In this document: piece after piece, positions 41,604 through 51,885 of the stretch
Layout of the letters: each line of letters starts with the position of its first letter
How positions within the stretch are numbered: position 1 is the stretch's first letter
NCBI GenBank assembly: GCA_965263035.1
Contig: OZ253580.1
Coordinates: forward strand, 5,664,001 to 5,728,000
DNA from: Acidobacteriota bacterium
GTDB lineage: Bacteria > Acidobacteriota > UBA6911 > RPQK01 > JAJDTT01
Direction of reading: 5' to 3'
DNA length: 64,000 bases
Program-made: the position numbers and the translations under genes
Notes under the pieces: generated by a model
What the model was told of the DNA's origin: nothing
Seen by the model: the letters and a program-made list of their open reading frames with translations, nothing else
Database searches by the model: none

Positions 41604-42995
41604 GAGTCTGCGCCGCAGCAAATAGGGGTCCGATCCTCATGGGAGAATAGACGGCGGAGGTGCCGGATGCCAACGACGTTTCGCCCCTACCACCCGAAAC
41701 AGAAGCTGCTGTTGCCGCCGGACCTGCGGTACTGGTTGCCGGAGGGCCATCTTACCTGCCGCGTGAGCGATCTGGTGGACGGACTGGACCTGACGGCGTT
41801 TTACGCTCCCTACGAAGGGGACGGTCGGCGCAACGGACCGTATGAGCCGCGGATGATGGTGAAGCTCCTGATCTACGGGTACGCGACCGGCGTGTTTTCG
41901 TCTCGGGGGATCGCGAAGAAGCTGGAGGAGGACGTGGCGTTTCGGATGCTGGCGGCGGGGAACTTTCCGGCGCATCGGACGATCAGCGAGTTTCGTCGCC
42001 GGCACCTGGAGGACTTCCGGAAGCTGTTCGTGGAGGTGGTCGGGCTGGCGCGAGAGCTGGGGTTGGCGAAGTTAGGGACGTTGTCGATCGACGGCACGAA
42101 GGTGCGGGCGAATGCGAGCAAGCGCAAGGCGATGACCTACCGCCGGATGAATCGGGAACAAGGGTGTCTGGAGGCGGAGATCGGGGAGTGGCTGCGACGA
42201 GCGGACGAGATAGACGCGGAGGAAGACGCCCGCTACGGGAAGGATCGGCGTGGGGACGAGATTCCGGAAGAGTTGCGAACTCGGAAGGGTCGACTGGCGG
42301 CGATCCGGGCGGCCAAGGCGCGATTGGAGGCGGCCCAACGAGCGGCGGATCGGGCCCGGGACCGCAGACCGGGGCAAGATCGGAATCCGAAGAGAGGGCG
42401 ACCCTACAAGCGGGCTTATGGGGAACTGAATCCGAAGGCACAGAGCAACTTCACGGGCCCGGAGAGCGGGATCATGCACACCAGTCCAGAAGGGTTCCGG
42501 CAGTGCTACAACGCGCAGGTGACCGTAGACGGAGCGAATCAGGTGATCGTCTCGACGCAGGTGACGGCAAACGCCAGTGATCAAGGCCAGATGATCTCCC
42601 AGTTGGACGCGGTGAAGGCGAGGTACGGACAACAGCCGGAGACGGTGCTGGCGGACTCGGACTACGGCAACGAGCGGGACTTGGCGGAGTTGGAGGCACG
42701 GGGCATTGACGGGTATGTGGCGCTGGGCCGAGAGGGGAAGACCCCGACCAAGAGGGGAGATCCGGAGACGGCTCCGGCGACATGGCGGATGGCGCAGAAA
42801 CAGGCAACAGAGACGGGTCGGGCCACCTACGCTCGGCGCAAATGGATCTCGGAAGCGTCGCACGAGTGGATCAAAGAGGTGTTGGAATTTCGTCGGTTCA
42901 GCGTCCGGGGCCTCCGCAAGGTGAAGAGGGAGCTTGAAGAGTTGTTTCTCAGAGAAGGGGTTCGCTTCCCACCATTCTCGACAGATCAACTTTGA
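41604..42995 (+). mobile_element. IS1182-family element; transposase 41667-42995, 3' end apparently replaced, no right IR found
   Basis: PYEPRMMVKLLIYGY, SSRGI, HRTISEFR, IDGTKVRANAS, YNAQ, LADSDY, FRRFSVRG; left end GAGTCTGCGCCGCAGCAAAT directly after CTAG. Confidence 0.9.
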
Positions 42996-43090
42996 AGCGG
43001 CATAGTTGTTTATGAGATGCAAGCTTGTCTTGCTCTCTCTCCGAGGCCCGTGCTCCGGCACGGGCTTTCGTGTTTCCGGAGACCTCGTCG

Positions 43091-43834
43091 GTGACGTATT
43101 TCGCATACCTTGATGAATTCGGGCATATCGGCCCCTACGTCAGCAGGCGAGACCGAAGGTACAAGGACAGTCCAGTGTTTGGCCTGGCGGGCTTCGTCCT
43201 CGCTTCCGAAGTGGTGCGTGGGTTCGGAACCTGGTTCTTCCGGCGCAAGTGCGAGCTTCTCGAATTTGAGATCAACCGGTCGGGGAAACATCCGGCCCTA
43301 TGGGAAGAGAAGAGGGCGAGCCTCTACACTGTCAAGAACGTGACGCGGTACGCAGAACTCAGGAATTTCACCAACCGGCTGTTCAACAAGATCGAAGCGC
43401 TCGGCGGATTCGTCTTCTATGTCGGTCTCAAAAAGACTGCGCCGCCAAGGGCGGACAATTCGAACAGGCTCTACACACGGGTATTTCTTGAGGCAATCAA
43501 GCGGATTGATGGATTTTGCGAAGAGGATTGTAATCCGCCCGGGGATTTTGTCCTGATTCTCGATGAACACGATCAACGATCTGCCCTGATCACCGAGGCG
43601 GCACGGAGCATGTATGCGAGGACGGAACGCCGCCGGCGTCTTATCGAGCCGCCGTTCCATCTGGAAAGCCACCGGTATCAGACCCTCCAGGCAGCGGATT
43701 GGATTGCCGGATTGGTGGGACGCCTTGGGGCAATCTGGGCCGATCCGGCAGCGTATCCCGAGAACGAAGTGTTCCGCCGGTACTTCGAGCACCGGCTCAA
43801 TCACGTTAGCGGGCGGAGCGGAGTCCGAAGGTAG
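43091..43834 (+). CDS. DUF3800-family protein
   Basis: N-terminal YLDEFG, C-terminal S...TLQAADWIA. Confidence 0.8.
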   Translation: MTYFAYLDEFGHIGPYVSRRDRRYKDSPVFGLAGFVLASEVVRGFGTWFFRRKCELLEFEINRSGKHPALWEEKRASLYTVKNVTRYAELRNFTNRLFNKIEALGGFVFYVGLKKTAPPRADNSNRLYTRVFLEAIKRIDGFCEEDCNPPGDFVLILDEHDQRSALITEAARSMYARTERRRRLIEPPFHLESHRYQTLQAADWIAGLVGRLGAIWADPAAYPENEVFRRYFEHRLNHVSGRSGVRR

Positions 43835-44206
43835 CGCGTCGGGCGAACAAGACTGGGCACCCGCCCGCGAATCGCCATTCCCTCACCATAGCCTGACCTG
43901 CCCGTCCCTCTTCTCGGCCAGTTCCTGCCGCCGGGCGAGGCGGACCCCACGCCGACAACGGCAGCAGAGGGGATCGGCCAGGGTCGCGAGTCCCTGGCGG
44001 AGGACGTCGTCCAAGGGCCTATACCTCACCCTTCGTCCGCCCTCGCCAAGCCGACACAGGCCCTCTGAGCGCGTCTTTTTTCGCGGGATCGGCCCCATTC
44101 GGTCCGGGAGCATCGAAACTTCCCGAATCCTGGCGCTCCAGTGCCAGGCCCTGAAGCGTTACGGATCTCTTCGCCCCGGGTGAAGATCCCTTCTCCACGG
44201 GCCGCG

Positions 44207-44242
44207 AATTATTGTCGGCAAAGTACGTTACCGTAAACAATT
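44207..44242. promoter_or_regulatory. Putative tyrosine-recombinase binding/crossover site
   Basis: AT-rich imperfect palindrome AATTATTGTCGGCAAAGTACGTTACCGTAAACAATT abutting the recombinase ATG. Confidence 0.55.
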
Positions 44243-45223
44243 ATGGCCGACTCGCTGCCCGACCTCGTCCCCCTCAACCCCGTCCGCGGGGAGATCGCCG
44301 CGAAAGCGTTCCCGCCGGTGCTGGAGCGCGCCGGCCGCGTCGCCTGCTTTGCGGCGGACGAGTTCTTCTCCGCCCGGATCTCCAACCCGGAGACGCGCCG
44401 GGCCTACGGCCGGGCCGTCGGGTGGTTCCTCAAGTTTTGCGAGCGTGAGGACGTGGAGCTCCACCGCGTCACGCCTGGCCTGGCCGGCCGGTTCCTGCGC
44501 GACCTGCCCGTCTCGGCCGCCACCAAGAACCAGGCCCTCGCGGCGCTCAGGCATTTTTTCGACGCCCTGGTCACCCGACACGCGGTCGTGTTGAACCCCT
44601 TTCACTCGGTCCGGGGGATCCAGCACCAGGTGATCGACGGCAAGACCCCGGAGATCAGCCTGTCGCAGGCGCGCCGGCTCTTTGCCGCCATCGAACTCGA
44701 CTCCCCCATGGGGCTCCGGGACCGGGCCATGCTCGGCACCCTGATCACCACCGGCTGCCGCATCGGGGCGCTTTGCCGGCTGCGGATCGGGGACCTGAGC
44801 CACCACGAGGAGGGCCAGCTCTTTCGGTTCCGCGAGAAAAACGGCAAGGAACGCGAAATCCCCGTGCGATCTGACCTGGAAGAGTGGATCGAGGCGTACA
44901 TGGGCGCGGCCGGGATCGCCGAAGACCCGCCCAGCGCGCCGCTGTGGCGCGGCGCGCTCCGAGGCGGATCCCTCACCCGCCGGCAGGTCAACCAAGCCGC
45001 CGTCCGGGCCATGCTCAAGCGCCGCCTCGCCTCGGCCGGTCTCCCCGACAACCTGACGCCGCACTCGTTTCGTGTCATGGTCGTCACCGCCCTGCTCTCC
45101 CAGAACGTCCCCGTCGAGGAGGTCCAGCACCTGGTCGGGCACTCCCACCCCTCCACCACCCAGCTCTACGACCGCCGGCGCCGGCGCGTCACCCGCAGCA
45201 TCGTCGAGCGGATCCCCTTCTAG
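44243..45223 (+). CDS. Tyrosine recombinase (XerD/resolvase-like)
   Basis: RDRAML...TGCRIG, EKNGK, TPHSFR, GHSHPSTTQLYD; no IntI-specific insertion visible. Confidence 0.92.
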   Translation: MADSLPDLVPLNPVRGEIAAKAFPPVLERAGRVACFAADEFFSARISNPETRRAYGRAVGWFLKFCEREDVELHRVTPGLAGRFLRDLPVSAATKNQALAALRHFFDALVTRHAVVLNPFHSVRGIQHQVIDGKTPEISLSQARRLFAAIELDSPMGLRDRAMLGTLITTGCRIGALCRLRIGDLSHHEEGQLFRFREKNGKEREIPVRSDLEEWIEAYMGAAGIAEDPPSAPLWRGALRGGSLTRRQVNQAAVRAMLKRRLASAGLPDNLTPHSFRVMVVTALLSQNVPVEEVQHLVGHSHPSTTQLYDRRRRRVTRSIVERIPF

Positions 45224-45322
45224 ACGGCCGCATACCCGTGCGAAGCCACTCCCGGTCCGTGGGCGGTCTTCCAGCTGTCCGGTTCCCGGGACCATGCCGC
45301 TGGGGGGCGAGGTTCGTTAGTT

Positions 45323-45904
45323 TCAGTTAGCGGATCTTATGGTCACCTTCCTTCCGAATTTTTGTGCTTGAGGCCCTAGAGTTCCAGGAGCTTTGTAGAC
45401 CACGATTGCGTCGCTCTTGGTGACGGCGCCAGTAACAATGCCCAACGCAGTCCCTATACCAATTGCAACTGCGGGGACAAACAATATAAGTCTCTGCGCT
45501 TCTCCTAGGTCTTTGTTGCCGGCTCTATTGGCAGGGGTCATCATCATGCCTGCAATCCCCAGCCCAGCTCCCGCTGCGGCTCCGATGATCGCTCCTTTCC
45601 GGGCACCGTTTGCCGCGCCACCCTTCTTCTGAGTTGCAATCGTCTGGATGTCCGCCTTCGGAATCACCGCCCGAGCGGATTGGGTCTCGACGTCCACGTC
45701 TGATGCGGACAGGCTTTCGAAGTTTCCTTCGACCTGATCTCCGTTCTTGAGTTTCACCGTGATGGGTGTTCCCAAGTCCAGAGCAGAGACCTTCTCCCAG
45801 CGGCCGGGGATCACCTCCGCATGGGCTGGCATGGAGATCAATCCCGTCAGAATCAAAGAGACGATTTGGATCCGGCATGATTTCATGGTTGGGGATCTCA
45901 TCAT
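45323..45904 (-). CDS. Secreted Sm-like/glycine-zipper protein, paralogue A
   Basis: AGGAGG RBS, signal peptide (PAHA-E), ITVKLKNGDQVEGNF...IPKADI, GAIIGAAAGAGLG and GIGTALGIVTG zippers. Confidence 0.8.
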   Translation of the reverse strand: MMRSPTMKSCRIQIVSLILTGLISMPAHAEVIPGRWEKVSALDLGTPITVKLKNGDQVEGNFESLSASDVDVETQSARAVIPKADIQTIATQKKGGAANGARKGAIIGAAAGAGLGIAGMMMTPANRAGNKDLGEAQRLILFVPAVAIGIGTALGIVTGAVTKSDAIVVYKAPGTLGPQAQKFGRKVTIRSAN

Positions 45905-45925
45905 GGCACCTCCTTCTGCCTGGAT

Positions 45926-46010
45926 CTCCTGCCCCCCATGGGACCGTCCCCACAGAGGGCAGGAGGGACGCATCAGGAAATGTGATTTTCTCGCCCGGTT
46001 GGGCTCACCG
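45926..46010 (-). promoter_or_regulatory. Conserved leader: long hairpin plus GTGA-N19-TCAC motif
   Basis: Repeated at about 47388-47472; hairpin core also at about 46760-46787; motif alone at 47724-47750. Confidence 0.6.
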
Positions 46011-46107
46011 AGGCCAGGAATGGCCACAGCAGGGGAGAAAAGGTCGCTCTGCCGCACGGGCATTTTCTGGGAATCGGGGTGGATACCCCACGGAGAAATT
46101 CCGGAAA

Positions 46108-46689
46108 TCAGTCGACGACTGTGACGATTGTCGTCTGGCGATCCAATTGTTTGCCCAGAAAATAGCCGAGAACGCCCCCACCCACAGGCGCACACACCAT
46201 GCCAACCATCCGACCCACAGCTGCGGAGCGGCTCAATTCCCCCCATCCTCGGACACCGATGGCAATCGGAAATGACAACCCAGATCCGGTTCCCAGAAGC
46301 AGCCCCAGTCCCCGCGATTTACCTTCTATTCTCTCCACACGGATTTCTTTGACTGACGCTTTGGGGACTATGGCGTCCCCACCCCCAGGGAAGCGCGTTC
46401 TATCGGTAGCCATTGTGATGCGATCGAGATGAATGCCACTGTCCTGAACGGCAATCACATCGCCCCGGACGGCACCCCCCTCCGAGAGCAACACCGTTAA
46501 CTGTTTCTCTCCGCTCACAAAATCCCGAAGCTCCTCCATGGTCATCTCGCGGCGAATCTCCGTGGCGGCATTCAGCGCCTCGGGAACACAGACCTGAGCG
46601 ATCAAGACTTGCGCCAGCAGCAACAGGATTATCCCCGCCGCTGTGGTCTTCCTCAGCCATCTGTTGCTCTTGCGGGTGAGAGTTACCAA
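46108..46689 (-). CDS. Secreted Sm-like/glycine-zipper protein, divergent paralogue B
   Basis: AGGAGG RBS, signal peptide, LTVLLSEGGAVRGDV...VPKASVKEI, GLGLLLGTGSG and GGGVLGYFLG. Confidence 0.75.
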   Translation of the reverse strand: MVTLTRKSNRWLRKTTAAGIILLLLAQVLIAQVCVPEALNAATEIRREMTMEELRDFVSGEKQLTVLLSEGGAVRGDVIAVQDSGIHLDRITMATDRTRFPGGGDAIVPKASVKEIRVERIEGKSRGLGLLLGTGSGLSFPIAIGVRGWGELSRSAAVGRMVGMVCAPVGGGVLGYFLGKQLDRQTTIVTVVD

Positions 46690-46832
46690 TGGTGTCCACC
46701 TCCTTGAAGTGACTCGGAAATCTGTCGATGGACGCTCGCGGTCACCTTCGAATCATCACTCTCCTGCCCCCGTGGATCGTCCCCACAACGGCCCTTTTCG
46801 TCTCCCCCTTGCGAATCTCTGTGCTTGGGACT

Positions 46833-47366
46833 CTAGGGAGTTCCGGGAGCTTTGTAGACTACGATTGCATCGCTCTTGGTGGCGGCACCGACGACAATAC
46901 CCAACGCAGTCCCGATTCCAGTTGCAACTGCGGGGACAAACAATAGAAAGAGTCCCTGCGCTTCTCCTAGGTCTTCGTTGCCGTCTCTATTGGCAAGGGT
47001 CATCATCATGCCTGCAGCCCCAACCCCAGCTCCCGCTGCGGCTCCGATGATCGCTCCTTTCCGGGCGCCGTTTGCCGTGCCACCCTTCTTCTGAGTTGCA
47101 ATCGTCTGGATGTCCGCCTTCGGAATCACCGCCCGAGCGGATTGGGTCTCGACGTCCACGTCCGATGCGGACAGGCCTTCGAAGTTTCCTTCGGCCTGAT
47201 CTCCGTTCTTGAGTTTCACCGTGATGGGTGTTCCCAACTCCAGAGCAGACACTTTTTCCCAGCGGCCGGGGATCACCTCCCCATGGGCTGGCATTGAGAT
47301 CAATCCCGCCAGAATCAACGAGACGATTTGGATCCGGACTGAATTCATGGTTTGGAATCTCATCAC
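46833..47366 (-). CDS. Secreted Sm-like/glycine-zipper protein, paralogue C (near-duplicate of A)
   Basis: Part of a roughly 630-bp direct repeat with paralogue A, including the upstream region. Confidence 0.8.
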   Translation of the reverse strand: MMRFQTMNSVRIQIVSLILAGLISMPAHGEVIPGRWEKVSALELGTPITVKLKNGDQAEGNFEGLSASDVDVETQSARAVIPKADIQTIATQKKGGTANGARKGAIIGAAAGAGVGAAGMMMTLANRDGNEDLGEAQGLFLLFVPAVATGIGTALGIVVGAATKSDAIVVYKAPGTP

Positions 47367-47625
47367 GGCACCTCCTTCTGCCTGGATCTCCTGCCCCCCA
47401 TGGGACCGTCCCCACAGAGGGCAGGAGGGACGCATCAGGAAATGTGAATTTTTCTCCGGCGGGGGCTCACCGGGACCAGAATTGGTGGCGCTAGCGGGAA
47501 AATTGAATCACGCATGGCAGAGGCGCAAGGTCCGTTAATTTCAGTTAACGGACATTCTCGTCACCGCGAATCGGAGGAGGGAGTTTCCAGGGGATCCATT
47601 CGGCAGGCCATTCTCGGCCAAGCCA

Positions 47626-48079
47626 GCTCAGGGCCGACCGAGTGCGTCACCACTCGGCCGGCTTGCCTCCGAAGACCAGCGCAGCTGAGGCCAGGCTCTT
47701 GCTCCGGCACGACACCAGTAGATGTGATTTTTTCGCCGGAAGGGGCTCACCCGTCTGGGCGCCGCGACGGCGGTGCTGGTCCTGTCTGCGCCGGGGAACG
47801 AACTTGGGCAAGGTCCTCTCGTGGAGAGTGACAGAGAAGGGAGCCGATCGGGGTTCAAGCGACGGGTCATTTCATCTTCAATGGGGCTGGGCATCTGGAG
47901 ACAGGCCTCCGGAAGCGTGTCGGAACAATGGAACTTGATCCGGGTGGCGGCAGGGTGAGCCGGAGGGCCTGAGTCGTCCGCTTGACAAGCGGATTGTTGT
48001 CGGCGTGAGTCGCTTGGAGTATCCTGGGTGTTCCTTAGGCGAGCCTGCCGAATGGTGACGCACTCGACAGGCCCTGAGC
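47626..48079. repeat. 454-bp segment bounded by 43-bp inverted repeats, each itself a hairpin
   Basis: 47626-47668 versus reverse complement of 48037-48079: 37/43 identical. Confidence 0.8.
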
Positions 48080-48295
48080 CAACTCGTCCTATGCCGGAGG
48101 AAGAGCCCGCCTGGTAGATATTTTACTCCAACAGGCCCCCTGGCTTCAGTCCGGCATAGGACCGGCTCGATCGCTTGTTCCGATGATCCGGCCCCGACTC
48201 GAGGAGCGAACCACCTTTGCGGCCGATCGGAAGCGCGTCAGCGCCCTCCGTTGGCAAAAATCCCAAACCCGAGAACGCGCAGGAGGAACCCATAC

Positions 48296-48556
48296 ATGCG
48301 AAGACAAGTCACGGCGACGCGCAAGGACACGGACGGGGACATCACGGCGCTCTGCAACCGTTTCGCCGTGTGGTCGCCCCGGTCGAAGGCAAACGCCATC
48401 AGCGACATCGAGTCTGGGCTCCACGAGTACTACGTCTCTTGGGCGGGCGGCATCGTGACGAACATCCGCGTCGTCCACGGCCGTTACGGCAAGCACCTCC
48501 GCACTGACAGAGATAGCATGACCCGGAACAACTTGGATGATCTTCCCGGTTGCTAG
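48296..48556 (+). CDS. DUF3892-family protein
   Basis: RKDTDGDITALC...AISDIE...YYV...HLRTDRD...NNLDDLP. Confidence 0.85.
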   Translation: MRRQVTATRKDTDGDITALCNRFAVWSPRSKANAISDIESGLHEYYVSWAGGIVTNIRVVHGRYGKHLRTDRDSMTRNNLDDLPGC

Positions 48557-49774
48557 TACCTATTAACACTTAAAGTATCGGGTACAGGCTCTTCAGCTTG
48601 ATCCGTGCATCCTCCGTCTTGAATTGCCAGTTGATCTCGGTTTGCCGTTGATTCCGATCGCCGACCCAAGCCTCGATCTCGCGTTGCATCTGGGCCAAGC
48701 TTGGAATGCGGCGGTCGAGGCATTGTCCGCACAGCGTGCTCAGTTCGATTTCCGCAATGTTGAGCCAGCTCCCGTGCTTCGGCGTGTAATGGATTTCGAG
48801 TCGTTCCGCCAGTTGGCGAGCGTGTCGGGGCTCGTAGGTCGCGTACAGCGATTCGATTCCGTGCGTGTTCAGGTTGTCCATGACCAGGACCACCCGCTCG
48901 GCCTCCGGATATCGCCTCTCCAGCATGCCCTCAATCCAGCGGGCCCAATCCTGGCGCGTACGCCGCTCGCCCGCCTCCACATGGCTGCGGCCGGTCAGCG
49001 GCTCCACCTCCAGGAAGATCTGCGCGACCCCGTTGCGCACGTACTCGTGCTCGATCCGCTCCGGCTGGCCCGGCTCCACGGGCAGCGGCTCCCGCACTTC
49101 GCCGATCAACTGCTTGTGGGTCTCATCCATGCAGACCACCGGCCGACGGGGATGGTAGGCACGGGCATAGACTTCCAAAACGTCCTCCATGCAGGCTACA
49201 AATGCGGCGCTGCCCCGCGGCGGGATCCGCCAATACTTCTTCCGATGAGGCTGCAGTTGGTTTTTTTTAGCGTCCGCTGCACCGTCATCACCGACACCCG
49301 CTCGACCCAGCCCAGTTCCACTACTTTCTCCGCCAGCAGGCGCAGGGTCCAGCGCTTCCGCCCCGGCGGGGCCTGGGAACAGGCCAAGGCGACCAAGCGA
49401 GCCTCGAACACACCGTCGAAGATGACTTCCCGCGGCGGCCGCACCCGCCGCTTGCGCTCCAAGGCGAACTCCAGACCCTGCTCCACAAACCGCCGTTTCA
49501 AGCGCTCGACCGTGCGGGTTGAGACGCCCAGCGCCTCGGCCACCCGGGCCACGGTCCATCCCGGCCCCTCCGACCCGCGGTCGCACAACAATAGAGCCCG
49601 TGCGTACAGGAACCGCTTGCCGGTGGTCTTGGTCGCGGCCCGGGTCAATGCCTTCAATTCCGAGCGCTCTTCCACAGTGAGCGTGACACGATAGCGTGGT
49701 GCCATGAGAACCCCTCCTTCCGAGTTCTCCAGCCTCCTACTATAGTATACGACCAATTACATGTTATGGGGTAC
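48556..49774 (-). mobile_element. IS630-family element with split transposase
   Basis: Imperfect IRs GTACCTATTAACA / GTACCCCATAACA with TA on both sides; orfA 49196-49705 (HTH), orfB ending 48570 (MDE, MDNLNTH, GSWLNIAE); A8 slippery tract 49261-49268. Confidence 0.93.
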
Positions 49775-49836
49775 TAGTGTCTTGAATTCCGGCTCCACCT
49801 AGACGTTGTCCTGCTCGCCGGAGGAAGGCCGACAGC

Positions 49837-49980
49837 CTATCCGAACCATTTGCCATCATCCTCGGCTTCGACGATGGCCCATGCCGCCTCATTGCCCCGT
49901 CGTGCGGCTCGCACAATCGCCATGCTCTCCCGCAACGTTCGGTCAGAAGGATTAGGATTGCATTCGATAGGTTGCCACAT
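49837..49980 (-). CDS. Small hypothetical protein (47 aa)
   Basis: GGGGAG RBS then MWQPIECNPNPSDRTLRESMAIVRAARRGNEAAWAIVEAEDDGKWFG. Confidence 0.3.
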   Translation of the reverse strand: MWQPIECNPNPSDRTLRESMAIVRAARRGNEAAWAIVEAEDDGKWFG

Positions 49981-50035
49981 TAGCACTCCCCGTTCATACA
50001 TCGCCTCGGGGTTGTCGGTCTCCTGGAAAAGAAGT

Positions 50036-50062
50036 GGGAGAAGGGGACAGTTACCTTTTCTC
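50036..50062 (+). repeat. REP-like hairpin, second family
   Basis: GGGAGAAGGGGACAGTTACCTTTTCTC; direct repeat at 51886. Confidence 0.75.
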
Positions 50063-50436
50063 TTGGCATAAGAGGGTCTGATCCGCGCCTCCCAGGAGTG
50101 GTTTCCCGACAGCGAAACCCCAGTATCCTCACTTCAGAGTTTCGCTGTCCTCCAGCTGTTCTCGATAGATCGTCGCCGAACCGGTGACACCGACAACGTC
50201 GAGAAGATGCGGTTTCCAGCGTCCATCTCCAGGGCGACTCCCGTGAGCCTTCCCTCTCCTGCGGAGGGGCCAGCCACGGCCCCGGTGAAGTTGGAGTCTC
50301 CGTCCCGGTACACTTCTGGTTGGTGAACCAGGCTGTTTGGCCTGGGGAGGCCCGCGGGAGGTTCTTCTTCTCCAGCACCGTGCCGGAACGGATGGCGCGA
50401 CCAGGCCGAAACGGAAGCGACTCAGGAGGAAAGCAA

Positions 50437-51864
50437 GTGACGACGAAGCCACGTAACTCAATCCTCGGGCAGGCAGCACACACGCCGGTCGGCAGGCCCA
50501 TGGGCTACGACGAGGCACTCTTCTCGCTGGCGCACGAGTACGCCGCAGAGTACATGAAAGCCGTCAGTGGTCGGCGGGTCGCGCCCGCGCCGGAAGACGT
50601 CGAGGCGCTTCGGAACTTCGACGAGCCGATCCCGGACGAACCGGCCAAGCCGCTCGAAACACTGCGCAAGCTGCACCGTTTCGGCTCTCCGGGAACGATG
50701 GCCCAGACGGCCGGACGCTACTTCGGGTTCGTGAACGGGGGCGTGCTGCCGGAGGCTCTGGCTTCGCGCTGGCTCATCGACTCGTGGGATCAGAACACCG
50801 CTCTGGAGGTGATGTCTCCGGTCGGCTCCCGGCTGGAGCATGTGTCCCAGAAGTGGCTCGTGGACTTGCTCGGTCTGCCGCGGCAGACCGTGGCCGGGTT
50901 CACCAACGGCACTTCGGCCGCATTGCTTTGCTGCCTGACGGCCGCGCGCCATGCGCTGCTTGAGAGGCAGGGCTGGGACGTATCGGCGCAAGGCCTCCAT
51001 GGGGCTCCCAGGATTCGGGTCCTGGGGAATCGGCACAGCCACGCGGCCGTCCTTCGAGCGTTGCAGGTTCTCGGCCTGGGGACGAACCATTTCGAACCTC
51101 TTCAGACGGATGATCAGGGCAGAATCCTCCTGTCGGCCCTTCCGGAGCTCGACGAGAGCACCCTCCTGCTCACACAGGCTGGGGATGTGAACTCGGGTTC
51201 GTTCGATCCCTTCCGTGAAATTGGCGAACGGGCGCACGAGGCCAACGCGTGGATGCATGTCGACGGCGCATTCGGCCTTTGGGCCTCAGCATCCCGCAGC
51301 ACCTGTCACCTGACGGATGGCGTGGAACTCGCCAACTCCTGGTCCGTCGATGCCCACAAGACGCTGAACGGACCGTACGAATGCGGTATCGCCCTTTGCC
51401 GCGAACGGGACGCCCTGGTCAAGGCTCTGCAGACGGACGGCTCCTATATCCCCTGGGGGGAGAAACGCGACGGGATGGCCTTTACGCTCGACATGTCGCG
51501 TCGCGCCCGCGGCGCGGAGTTGTGGGCAACCCTGCACACTCTGGGCCGCTCGGGCGTCGAGGCCCTCGTCGACCACTTGTGCGGCATGGCGCGTCGCCTG
51601 AGCCGGGCCCTTCGGGAGCTGGGATTCGTCGTGCCCAATGATGTGGTCTTCAACCAGGTCTTGGTAAAGACGAGCGATGGCTCCAACATCGGTGCAATCA
51701 TTGCTGAACTCCAACGGTCCGGAGAGTGCTGGTGCGGAGGCTCCCGCTGGCTTGGCGAGCCCGTCATCCGGGTGAGCATCTGCTCGCACTCCACCACCGA
51801 AGCCGACATCGACCGCACGGCCGCCGCGTTCGACGCCGCGCGTCGCCGGGTCGCCGGGTCGTGA
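50437..51864 (+). CDS. PLP-dependent decarboxylase (group II)
   Basis: RYFGFVNGG, WDQN, WMHVDGAFGLW, SWSVDAHK, SRRARG; GTG start after AGGAGG. Confidence 0.9.
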   Translation: MTTKPRNSILGQAAHTPVGRPMGYDEALFSLAHEYAAEYMKAVSGRRVAPAPEDVEALRNFDEPIPDEPAKPLETLRKLHRFGSPGTMAQTAGRYFGFVNGGVLPEALASRWLIDSWDQNTALEVMSPVGSRLEHVSQKWLVDLLGLPRQTVAGFTNGTSAALLCCLTAARHALLERQGWDVSAQGLHGAPRIRVLGNRHSHAAVLRALQVLGLGTNHFEPLQTDDQGRILLSALPELDESTLLLTQAGDVNSGSFDPFREIGERAHEANAWMHVDGAFGLWASASRSTCHLTDGVELANSWSVDAHKTLNGPYECGIALCRERDALVKALQTDGSYIPWGEKRDGMAFTLDMSRRARGAELWATLHTLGRSGVEALVDHLCGMARRLSRALRELGFVVPNDVVFNQVLVKTSDGSNIGAIIAELQRSGECWCGGSRWLGEPVIRVSICSHSTTEADIDRTAAAFDAARRRVAGS

Positions 51865-51885
51865 TGGACGCTACCGGTTTATCGC

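Noticed and set aside
43883-44113. Small ORF divergent from the recombinase
   Set aside because: No recognisable motif or clear RBS
45981-45996. CRP/FNR site at TGTGA
   Set aside because: No second half-site at N6 spacing; the conserved partner TCAC is 19 nt away
44243-47472. Classical integron (integrase plus cassettes)
   Set aside because: The recombinase lacks the IntI insertion and is convergent with the array; the hairpins lack RYYYAAC/GTTRRRY ends
48088-48160. 11-bp inverted repeat CCTATGCCGGA / TCCGGCATAGG
   Set aside because: Single occurrence, long loop and no U-tract; no function can be supported
49261-49268. IS630 frameshift as a pseudogene lesion
   Set aside because: A split at an A-rich slippery site is normal for many IS630 elements
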